Shown piece by piece: positions 19,740-29,800 of a stretch of 64,000 nt of DNA. The stretch spans positions 32,001 to 96,000 of the forward strand of contig JBKHIT010000010.1 of NCBI GenBank assembly GCA_046538485.1. The letters are read 5' to 3'. The notes beneath the pieces are model-generated. The model saw nothing but the letters and a program-made list of their open reading frames with translations, was not told the origin of the DNA and did no database searches. The position numbers and the translations under genes are program-made. The first letter of the stretch is position 1; each line of letters begins with the position of its first letter. This stretch comes from Candidatus Brocadiia bacterium. GTDB lineage: Bacteria; Planctomycetota; Brocadiia; SM23-32.

Positions 19740-20730
19740 GTTCCACCACTGGCTCCACCCCTCTGTTACCAACCTCGTCGGTCAACAGTCGCCTCGCCTG
19801 GTCGTCTTTCGCAGCGGGGCTCTGGGCGATACAATTCTTCTGCTTCCCACGATCGAATTCCTGCGGCAAACTTTTGACGATCCGGAAATTACAATTGTTG
19901 GCTCCCCCTGGGCCAGGCGCCTGATTCCTCTGATGCCCGCGCCGTGGAATTTCTTCCCCTACGAATCGTCCGATCTGCTGCCGCTTTTTACCGACGAATC
20001 CACCACCCCCGACATTCCCCGAAACATCGCCGAAGCGGATCTGTGCCTGGTGTATACGGGCAAGCCAGGCGACGCTATGGTCCGCCGACTGGAACGGTCA
20101 GTCAAAGGGCTCGTCCTCGCGTCCTCATCCGATCCCCCTGCGGAAAATCACGCCGCCTGTCATTTTGCGGAAGCCATTCTCCAACAACCCATCTCGCCCG
20201 GACAACTCCCCTGCTCCCCCCTTCGGGCCCCTCCCAAAGCCCGCCAGGAGGCCGAAAATTGGGTGAGGAAAAGACAGCCGCGATGGGCAAAAGGAACACT
20301 CATCGTCCACCCCGGAAGCGGTTCCCCCCGCAAATGCTGGCCCGCGGATCGGTTCGCTTCTGTGATCCGGACCGTGCGAGATAAGGATATCGAACCCATT
20401 CTGCTCGAAGGCCCCGCCGACCGAAAACCCAGCGAGGCCGTCTGCAGGAACCTCGCCCGGAGCCCATCCGTCTGCCGGCACCGCGACCTCAAGTCCACCG
20501 CCGGGTTGCTCTTAACCGCAGGATGTTGCCTGACCAACGACAGCGGGATCGGTCATCTGGCAGGGGCTCTCGGAATCAGAACCCTATCAATATTCGGTCC
20601 CACCAATCCGACTGTCTGGAAGCCCCTGGGCCCCGCTGTCAAAACCATCCGGGCCGGATCGCACTCCAAGTGGCCCGAGTGTTCAAGGGTAGAACCGCAC
20701 CTGAACTGGCTGCTGGGGGCAACAGCTTAA
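19736..20730 (+). CDS. Glycosyltransferase family 9 (ADP-heptose:LPS heptosyltransferase-like); start problematic, possibly frameshifted
   Basis: RSGALGD.IL, HPGSGS..KCWP..RF, NDSG.GHLA.ALG..T..IFGPT.P..W.P; no in-frame ATG/GTG/TTG between the upstream stop and the first motif (see findings). Confidence 0.8.
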
Positions 20731-20915
20731 AAGCCGTTTTTATCCCGTCCCGCAAGTCGTGTATACTCTGATGCAGGTCGTTTCCTGGTTTTCCGCGGCG
20801 GCAGCTCGCGCCCCGTCGGCCACCAGCCGACGGACTCCAGGAACCGCTCAGCGGTAGGCGGAGAGGCAACGCTTGATTCCGAAGTTATTCCCAATTGATC
20901 GAAGGAGGCTACACC

Positions 20916-21893
20916 GTGTCAGTCAAACGCATTCTGGTTTCAGGGGGAGCTGGATTTCTGGGGTCGCATCTCTGCGAACGGTTGGTGGAAGGTGGGAACG
21001 ACATTATTTGTCTCGACAATTTTTTCACTTCTCAGAAGACAAACGTCTCCCATCTTCTGGATCGACCGAATTTCGAGTTGATCCGCCACGACATCACGCG
21101 GTCCATCTTCCTCGAAGTGGATGAAATCTTCAACCTCGCCTGCCCGGCTTCGCCCGTCCATTACCAGTTTGACAGCATAAAGACTGTAAAAACATCCGTG
21201 CTTGGCTCGATCAATCTTTTGGGGATGGCGAAACGCTGCCGGGCCAAAATCCTGCAGGCCTCGACCAGTGAGGTTTACGGAGATCCGGACATCCATCCAC
21301 AACCGGAAGGTTACCGTGGAAACGTCAACCCAATTGGACGGCGGGCCTGTTACGACGAGGGGAAGAGATGTGCCGAAACGCTTTTTTTTGACTACCACCG
21401 TGCCCATAACGTCAATATTCGCGTCGTGCGCATATTTAACACCTACGGTCCGCGGATGCACCCCTTCGACGGACGGGTCATCAGCAACTTTATCGTTCAG
21501 GCGCTTAACAACAAAAACATCACAATTTACGGCGACGGCCAGCAAACCAGGTCTTTCTGCTACGTCGATGATCTGATTGACGGGATAATTCGCATGATGA
21601 ACGGCCCTGACGATTTCGTTGGTCCGGTAAATCTCGGAAATCCAACCGAATGCAGCATCCGCGAACTGGCCGAAACTGTTATTGATTTGACAGAAACAGA
21701 TTCGGAACTCACTTTCCATCCCCTGCCCCAGGACGATCCTCGAAAACGGTGCCCCGATATCTCCCTGGCCACGGAAACACTCGGCTGGCGGCCCGCCATT
21801 TCGCTCGAAAACGGGCTCAAGAAAACCATCGACTATTTTCGCGAAATCGACCTGTCGCGGTTCCGCCGCCCACCCGGGAATCGAGAGTCTTAA
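20916..21893 (+). CDS. UDP-glucuronate decarboxylase (UDP-xylose synthase; extended SDR)
   Basis: [48 protein letters not shown] 20916 behind SD AAGGAGG. Confidence 0.93.
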   Translation: MSVKRILVSGGAGFLGSHLCERLVEGGNDIICLDNFFTSQKTNVSHLLDRPNFELIRHDITRSIFLEVDEIFNLACPASPVHYQFDSIKTVKTSVLGSINLLGMAKRCRAKILQASTSEVYGDPDIHPQPEGYRGNVNPIGRRACYDEGKRCAETLFFDYHRAHNVNIRVVRIFNTYGPRMHPFDGRVISNFIVQALNNKNITIYGDGQQTRSFCYVDDLIDGIIRMMNGPDDFVGPVNLGNPTECSIRELAETVIDLTETDSELTFHPLPQDDPRKRCPDISLATETLGWRPAISLENGLKKTIDYFREIDLSRFRRPPGNRES

Positions 21894-21971
21894 AGGAGCT
21901 CTGGTGAAATCTGCGGGACTCTGTGCCGGCAAATCAGCTTCCGAACAGAATGCTGGAGGCGGACGAGACGT

Positions 21972-22121
21972 GCGGATTTGTAAACGGGCCGGAAACCCGC
22001 GAGCGGACTGGACTTCAGAACCGCTCTGCGGGGCTGGAGTTCAGAACGCGGACCAGTTCGTTGGAATTTTCAAGCCGATTTGCATTTTCCGGCGATTGTC
22101 CGCCTCAAGTCCAGTCTCGCC
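21972..22121 (+). repeat. Dispersed repeat family A, short copy
   Basis: GCGGATTTGTAA.CGGGCCGGAAACCCGCGAGCGGACTGGACTTCAG...GCTGGAGTTCAGAACGCGG shared with 24989; tail shared with 40766-40866. Confidence 0.8.
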
Positions 22122-22127
22122 GGCAGC

Positions 22128-22332
22128 TGTACGTATTTAGCCCGGAGATACCGCTTCATGCCTCATTGCGAGTGGAGCGAAGCAATCCTGCTGGGCCCCG
22201 TGGTCTCGCGCGGAGGAGGCTCGTCATTTTTTCAGTCCCACAGCGAGATCCCCGCGGCGTCCCGCTGCGCGGAACGCCTCGCAATGACATTGTGAGCGTG
22301 GACGGCGATATAACGCACGCTAAACCCATACA
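22128..22332. mobile_element. MITE-like element family C, copy 1, containing a TCATTGCGAG...GAAGCAATC...CTCGCAATGAC REP-like hairpin
   Basis: Ends TGTACGTATTTAGC / GCTAAACCCATACA form an imperfect inverted repeat; left end aligns without gaps to 38608. Confidence 0.65.
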
Positions 22333-22388
22333 TCCGTAAGACGCCCCTGCTCCGCTTGCGGGACGATTCCTGGAAGGATTGTCCGGGG

Positions 22389-24608
22389 TCAGCTGTGCAC
22401 CTTCCCCACTTTCCCTGAGACCTCGCGGGGAGTCTCTTCCGGCTGCTTTTGGTGCAACAGCCGCAATCCATTGAATATCACTAACAACGAGACCCCCATG
22501 TCCGCCGCGATCGCCATCCACAAAGTGGCAGCTCCGAAAACCGCGAGGATGATGAACAGAATCTTTATACCGAGAGCCAGCGCGACGTTCTGTTTGATGA
22601 TAGCCAGAGCCTTGCGGGAATGGCCCACCAGCTAGGGGACCTTAGCAATTTCGTCGGACATCAGCGTGATGTCCGCGGTTTCGATGGCAACGTCGGAGCC
22701 AATCGATCCCATGGCTATGCCAAAATCAGCCGCGGCCATCGCCGGAGCATCATTCACCCCATCCCCGGCCATGGCAACTCCCTCCATCCGCCGGGAGAGT
22801 TCTTTGACAGCTTTCACTTTGTCTTCGGGCATCAGACCGGCCTGCCACTGATCGATTCCGGTGGCTTCGGCAATGCTCCTGGCAGTCGCTTCATTATCAC
22901 CGGTCAGCATGAGAATGGGCTCCACGCCCAGCCTTTTGAGTTCACCGACGACTTCCGCCGCATTTTCCCGCAACCCGTCCGCCACGCTTATCAGTCCGCA
23001 GACATGGTCTTCAGTGCCCACCGCCACAACTGTATGTCCGGCATCTTCGATTCCAAGTGCAGTTTCATGGGCTTGATCGCTCTCCTGGCCTTTATCATGC
23101 ATCATCCGGTGGCTTCCAACCCAGAACAGTTGCCCATCGACCACACCCTCCACTCCCAGCCCGGATATATTCCGGAACCGCTCGGCCCGTTCAGCCACGA
23201 TCTCCCCCCGGGCCGCCTTTTGCATAATAGCATCCGCGAGCGGATGAGTGCTGTCGGCCTCAACACTGGCCGCTGTGCGCAGAAGCTGTTCGGACGTATG
23301 ATCGTCCAGAGGAATGACATCTTGCACGCGCGGCTGACCGTACGTCAGTGTCCCGGTTTTATCGAGTGCCAGCGCGTTGAGTCGTCCTGCGGACTCGAGG
23401 TAAATCCCGCCCTTGATCAACACGCCGTTACGGGCGGCGCTGGTGAGAGCGCTGACTATAGTGACGGGAGTCGATATGACGAGTGCGCAGGGGCATCCGA
23501 TTACGAGCAGGACGAGGGCGCGATAGAACCATGGGGTCCAGGCCGCCGCGACGAGGAGGGGCGGCACAATAGCCACGGCCGCCGCCAGCGCCATCATAGC
23601 CGGAGTGTAGTAACGCGCAAATTTTTCGATCCATTTCTCGCTCTTGGCGCGCCTTGACCGCGACTCTTCCACCATGTGAATGATGTTCGCCAGGGTTGTT
23701 TCACCGGCAGGATGGGTCACTTCAAATTCCAGTGTCCCTCTCTGGTTGATCGTTCCGGCATACACCTGGTCCCCTCGGGCCTTGGGAACCGGGACCGATT
23801 CTCCCGTAATGGGAGCCTGATTGACAGTTGACTGGCCCAGCAACACTTGCCCGTCAAGGGGAATGCGGTCGCCCGGTCGCACCACAACCTGCCGTCCCCG
23901 TGAAACGGCTTCGACAGGCCGCTCTTCCGGCTCTCCGCCTTCTTCGGGCACGACCAAAGCCGTCGGAGGAGAAAGTTCCAGCAATGCAGAAATCGCCCGG
24001 CGAGCGCGGTCTACGCTCCAATGTTCCAGCATGAGAGCAACCGAGAAAAGGAACACAACCATCCCCGCTTCAAGCCACTCGCCGATTCCAATCGCGCCCA
24101 AGACTGCCACCGTCATAAGCACATTCATGTCCGGGCGTAACCTCCTTATGGCACTCAGTGCCCGAGGCAAAATGTAGAACGCCCCCGCCAGAATTGCCCC
24201 TCCGTAACAAAAGACCACGATCAACGGCAGCTTATGGTTCTCCCCTGCCCCGGTTAGAAAAGCCTGGGTAATACTCCCGTGAATGACCCAGTGGCTGAAA
24301 AAACCCACAAGCATCAGGAAGCCGCACAAAATTGTCATTACGAGCCGACCGTGATTTCCCCACCATCCGGCAGCCGTCGCCGTTCCGCGATCTTCCCATG
24401 GCACTGCCGTCATACCCGCTTCGGCGACGCATTCCACAATCCGCTCTGAATCGATCTTTTCCGACTCAAAAAGCACCGTCATTCGCGCATTGAGAATATT
24501 GAAGTCCAACTCCTGAATGCCCTCGTGTTTCTCAAGTGCCTTCTGCAGTGTGTTGACTTCATCGGCGCAATCCATCTCCATCACTTTATAAGATCGGGTT
24601 TCCGCCAT
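22389..24608 (-). pseudogene. Heavy-metal translocating P1B-type ATPase (CadA/ZntA-like) with one in-frame TAG at 22632-22634
   Basis: MDCADE metal-binding N-terminus, TGES, CPCAL, DKTGT, HP, TGDN, GDGVNDAP; frame continues through the TAG (KVP*LVGHSRKAL...QNVALALG.K...ADMG.SLLV..NGLRLL). Confidence 0.85.
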
Positions 24609-24988
24609 CAGACTCCTCGCGGGCAGCAGCATGTCACCCCGGTCGAACCGAGAATCGGTCCCCCGGCGGATCAAAACAATGAGCTTCTTTCAGAAAGGGG
24701 TATGGTTTCCTGGATAACCCATCTCCTTCTCCATTGTGCGGCCATCGGGATGGCTTTGCAACCACGCTTGATTGTCCGCGGGTTACGCCCTGCACACGCT
24801 CCCTTTTGCGAAAACCTGAATTCCCCGGAGATGGTCCTGGCATCGGGAATTTGACACAACGCAAATCCCATTGTTCCGAGCCATTTGCGTTGATCAGAAA
24901 TATTGGCACAGTCGAGACTTAGCATGGCAAAAAAAGTTTTTACCCCACAATTGCAGGTTGAATCCTTAAGCACGCCGGGACAAGCCCG

Positions 24989-25317
24989 GCGGATTTGTAA
25001 GCGGGCCGGAAACCCGCGAGCGGACTGGACTTCAGCCGGAGGCTGGAGTTCAGAACGCGGTCCAGAAACCTGTGAACCCCGCAGCACAAAGACCAACAAC
25101 GAACGGCAGGTCCGCCTCGGCGATGCGGACCGACAGCTACCTGGCATTTTCCGGCATCTGTCCGCCTCAAGTCCAGTTTCGCCCGCCGGGGCGGGCTCAG
25201 CTGAACTCGAGTCTGCAGGATACGCGGTCGAGAAGCGGGGTTGCAAGCTTACAGAATGATTGAGACCAGACATAAGTTTATGTTACAACAACCTTTAACG
25301 ACTTTTCCGAAGGAAAC
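24989..25317 (+). repeat. Dispersed repeat family A, long copy (~330 bp)
   Basis: Colinear with the reverse complement of 42300-42606, from CCCGCGAGCGGACTGG to GACTTTTCCGAAGGAAAC. Confidence 0.85.
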
Positions 25318-25555
25318 TTGAGGAATTTGCGCTCGGTGTAATGGGAACAGGCAGCACGATTTTCGGGAAATGTCCGGCTACCAGCATCCGGAGGGACCCA
25401 CAGCGCAAATTCCTTTCGTCCCGAAAAAGGCTTGCAAGACTTTGCTCTGTGCCTGTAGAATTATAGGTCTTCTGGGGTGGCATTCACGGCAACAATTGTG
25501 CTGGTTCACGTCACACCTGGACCTTTGCAGGGCAGTTTCAAAATGGAGTAACACG

Positions 25556-26824
25556 ATGGGAATGACGCTCACGGAAAAAATCTTAACCGATCACTGCGAT
25601 GCCAGTTCTCTCGCCCCGGGCGAATATATTTTCGCCGAGGTTGACCTATGCCTGGGCAACGACATCACGGCACCGATTGCTATCGACGAATTTGAGAAGG
25701 CGAGTTTTGAAGACGTCTGGGACCGGACACGTATCGCGCTTGTGCCCGACCATTTTACGCCCAACAAAGATATCAAGGCGGCCACATTGGCCAAGCAACT
25801 ACGGGATTTTGCCCACAAACACGATATCGAACACTATTTCGAAGTGGGCCGCGTCGGGATCGAACATGTCCTGCTGCCCGAAAAGGGCCTTGTAGGTCCC
25901 GGCGATCTCGTGATTGGAGCCGATTCCCATACCTGCACTTACGGGGCGCTGGGAGCCTTCAGCACCGGCGTGGGGAGCACCGATCTGGCGGCGTGTTTTG
26001 CAACAGGAAAAGCCTGGCTCAGAATCCCTGAGTCGATACGATTCAATTTCACCGGTTCGCTCCCTCGCTGGGTCGGCGGGAAAGATTTGATACTCTATAC
26101 AATCGGCCAGATCGGCGTTGACGGTGCATTGTATCGGGCGATGGAATTCTGCGGCCCCGTCATCGAGAACTTACCGATGGACGACCGTTTTACCATGTGC
26201 AATATGGCCATTGAGGCCGGAGGAAAAAATGGGATTATCGCCCCGGATGACAAAACAGAAAATTATTGCGCGGGTCGGGTTGATCAGATCCGAAATGAAT
26301 ACGCGAGCGATCCTGACGCCGAATATATCGAGGAATACAACTGGGACGTATCGGATCTGAGCCCGCAAGTCGCGGAACCTTTCTTGCCATCAAACGCCCT
26401 TCCAGTTGAAAATCTGTCAGGGATCGAACTTGACCAGGTTGTCATTGGATCGTGCACCAACGGGCGTCTCAGTGACCTGCGTATCGCGGCAGAAATTCTT
26501 AGGGGCAAAAAAATTGCCTCCAATATGAGGCTTATTATTTTGCCTGGAAGCCAACAAATTTATCAAAAAGCCATGGAAGAAGGGCTACTGAAAATATTCG
26601 TGGATGCCGAAGGCGTTGTCAGCCCCCCAACGTGCGGGCCGTGTTTGGGCGGACATATGGGTGTTCTGGCCGAAGGTGAACGAGCTCTGGCAACAACAAA
26701 TCGCAATTTCCGCGGTCGCATGGGCCACCCCGACAGCGAAGTATATCTGTGCGGACCAGCGGTTGCTGCAGCCAGCGCAATTACGGGTTGTATCACTCAT
26801 CCCGAAGAAATAGATAAAGCATAA
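25556..26824 (+). CDS. leuC: 3-isopropylmalate dehydratase large subunit (short LeuC/HacA-type aconitase family)
   Basis: MGMTLTEKIL, PDHF, GADSHTCT.GA, IGSCTNGR, CGPCLGGHMG, TNRNF.GRMG; SD GGAG before ATG 25556. Confidence 0.9.
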   Translation: MGMTLTEKILTDHCDASSLAPGEYIFAEVDLCLGNDITAPIAIDEFEKASFEDVWDRTRIALVPDHFTPNKDIKAATLAKQLRDFAHKHDIEHYFEVGRVGIEHVLLPEKGLVGPGDLVIGADSHTCTYGALGAFSTGVGSTDLAACFATGKAWLRIPESIRFNFTGSLPRWVGGKDLILYTIGQIGVDGALYRAMEFCGPVIENLPMDDRFTMCNMAIEAGGKNGIIAPDDKTENYCAGRVDQIRNEYASDPDAEYIEEYNWDVSDLSPQVAEPFLPSNALPVENLSGIELDQVVIGSCTNGRLSDLRIAAEILRGKKIASNMRLIILPGSQQIYQKAMEEGLLKIFVDAEGVVSPPTCGPCLGGHMGVLAEGERALATTNRNFRGRMGHPDSEVYLCGPAVAAASAITGCITHPEEIDKA

Positions 26825-26885
26825 AACGCAATCTCTACAGGGGTAAAAGCAGTTTTGCAGGATTGCAGGAAAGAGAGTAATCATT

Positions 26886-29800
26886 ATGTCTTGCTACATC
26901 GGACTTGACGTGGGATCAATCAGTGCTGACTTTGTGGTAGCCAACGAAAAGGGGCGGGTGCTCGACTCCAGTTACATTCGGACATTCGGCCAACCCCTCC
27001 CTATTGTTTTAGAGCAGCTTAAGGCTCTTGAACAAAAACACGAGGTCAGCGGGGTCTGCGTGACCGGGAGTGGAGCCAAAATTGTCGCTGAACTCCTCGA
27101 TGTGCCCTTCATCAATGAAATAGTCGCCCAAAGCAAAGCTACAATGGAATTGCATCCTGAAGTGCGTACTATCATGGAAATCGGAGGCGAAGATTCCAAA
27201 CTTATCCGCATTGAACAAGGGGATGACGGTTCACCCCGTGTGGTCGACTTCGCCTTGAATAGCATGTGCTCCGCGGGAACAGGATCTTTCCTCGATCAAC
27301 AGGCTTCACGCCTCCTCGTCAGCATTGAAGAATTCGCCGAACTGGCGTTGAAAAGCGATCACCCGGCACGAGTGGCCGGTCGATGCTCCGTCTTCGCAAA
27401 AAGCGATATGATTCACCTCCAGCAGCAAGGCACACCGGATTACGACATTATCGCCGGTCTCTGCTTCGCGATGGCAAGGAACTTCAGAAGCACTCTCGGG
27501 AAAGGCAACGATTTCGCCCGGCCCGTCGCTTTCCAGGGAGGTGTGGCTTTCAACCCCGGTATGCAACGGGCTTTCAAAGAAGTCCTTCAACTCAAAGACG
27601 AGGAGTTCATTATCCCGGAGAACCCGGGGTGCACGGGCGCTTACGGAGCCGTTCTGGATGCGCTGGAAAAAGACCTCGATTGTTCGGTTTCCGATTTCAG
27701 TGCCATCGAAAAACACATGGATGAATACACGCATGAAGCCGAGCGCCTCGATCAACTCATTGATGACGGGTATGGAACCGATACCTCCTGTCATAAGCTC
27801 CCGGATCAGAACGAAATAGCGGAGGTGTATGTCGGGGTCGATATCGGTTCTATCAGCACAAATGCCGTGGTAATTGACCCGAATATGAATGTTATTTCCC
27901 GCTGCTACCTGATGACCGAAGGTCGGCCCATTGAAGCGGTCAAAAAAGCCCTCTACCAGGTCGGACAAGAAATCGGCGACAAGGTAGAGGTCAAGGGAGC
28001 CTGCACAACGGGCAGCGGACGCTATTTGATTGCCGAGTTCATCGGCGCCGATCTGGTGAAAAATGAAATCACCACACACGCACGGGGAGCCATCGCCATG
28101 GACCCCGAAGTTGATACAATTTTCGAAATCGGGGGCCAGGACGCAAAATATATATCGCTGCAGGATGGCGCGGTGGTGGATTTTGCAATGAACAAGGTCT
28201 GCGCCGCCGGAACAGGCTCCTTCCTTGAAGAACAAGCCGAAAGGCTCGATCTCAATATCGAAGAAGAATTCGGCCAAACCGCCCTCTCAAGCGAAGAACC
28301 GGTCAAACTGGGTGAGCGCTGCACGGTCTTCATGGAAAGCGATTTGAACTACCACCAGCAAAGAGGAGTCGCTACACCCGATCTCGTCGGCGGACTCTGC
28401 TATTCGATCGTCTACAACTACTTGAACCGCGTCGTTGAAGACCGCAGAGTCGGAGATAACATATTTTTCCAGGGCGGAGTGGCCTTCAACAGGGGTGTGA
28501 AAGCGGCCTTCGAACAGATCACCGGCAAAAAAATTACCGTTCCCCCCCACCAGGATGTCATGGGCGCCGTGGGAGCCGCGATCATCGCCCGAGAAGACAG
28601 CCCCGAGACATCCACGTTCCGCGGGTTCGATTTGCGAGATGTGCAATACGAACTCACCACTTTCGAATGTAAAGGTTGTTCCAACCGCTGCGAAATCCAT
28701 AAAGTATCGATTGAAGGCCAAAAACCACTCCACTACGGCAGTCGGTGCGGCAAATACGACGATCAGAAAAAATACAAAAAGGGAGAGGGACTTCCGAAAC
28801 TTTTTGAAGAACGTGAAGAAGCGCTCCTCAATACATATTCCAAAAACCAGCCTGACGATCCGCTCAACGTGCGTATCGGGATTCCCCGCGCTCTCACATT
28901 TTTCGACCTTTACCCGCTCTGGAAAGCCTTTTTCACCGAGCTCGGATGCGAGGTTGTTCCCTCAAAACCTACGAACCGCCAGGTCATCAGCCAGGGATCC
29001 GAGCACACCACCACCGAAACCTGCCTGCCGATCAAAGTGGCTCACGGCCATGTCGCGAATCTGCTCGAAAGGGATGTCGATTACATCTTTGCTCCGAGCG
29101 TGATAAATATGGAACATGAGGCCGAGGAGATTGTGCATAGCTATCTATGCCCGCTGGTGCAAAGTCTCCCCTACCTGTTACGGGTGGCTTTTGCGGAACA
29201 GGTGGAAGCGGGCGAACTGCCGCTGATCGCTCCGGTTATGCATTTCGAAAACGGCCGCAAACATATCGACGGAAAGCTGAGAGATCTGGCCCAGATGTTC
29301 GAAGTCCCCTCCAGCCGAGTTAACCGAGCTATTGAAAAAGGATGGGAAGCACTCGATCGCTTCCATGCAACATGCCAAAAGCGAGGGCAGGAGATACTTG
29401 ACGGACTGGGAGAGGACGAAATTGCACTGGCTATCATGAGCCGTCCGTACAATGGTTGCGATCCTGGCATCAACCTCGCCATCCCCGATAAATTACGCGA
29501 TCTGGGCGTTCTGGCGATTCCCATCGATTTCCTCCCGCTCGACATCCGCGGCATCCAGAACGACTTTCCACATATGTACTGGAAATACGGCCAGAAGATC
29601 ATCGCCGCCGGAAAATATATCGCCGACAAACCGAACCTCCACGCAATTTACATCACGAATTTCCGCTGCGGCCCCGATTCGTTCATAACAAAGTTTTTCG
29701 CACGCGTCATTGGGAAACCCTATCTCACACTCGAAATCGACGAGCATAGCGCCGATGTCGGCGCCATAACACGCTGCGAGGCGTTTATCGATAGTCTCCG

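Noticed and set aside
21900..22390. Repeat-rich intergenic regions as possible CRISPR arrays
   Set aside because: No regularly spaced identical direct repeats with unique spacers, and no cas genes
22632..22634. Genome-wide TAG recoding or pyrrolysine
   Set aside because: TAG terminates proB and other genes at the expected ends; single case at a non-catalytic, probably Trp, position
24690..24735. GGGGTATGG CsoR-like half-site and tiny ORF MGYPGNHTPF upstream of the ATPase
   Set aside because: No matching second half-site; ORF too short and featureless to support
24671..25273. ORFs at 24671-25273, 24903-25259, 42346-42834, 42360-42701 and 21904-22339 that resemble each other
   Set aside because: Similarity comes from non-coding repeat family A; no protein motifs or consistent start/stop
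25318..25555. Searched for a Leu-rich leader or attenuator before leuC, and a Pro-related leader before proB
   Set aside because: No short ORF with clustered Leu/Ile/Val codons and no terminator with U-tract found; proB follows the aldolase after a short gap
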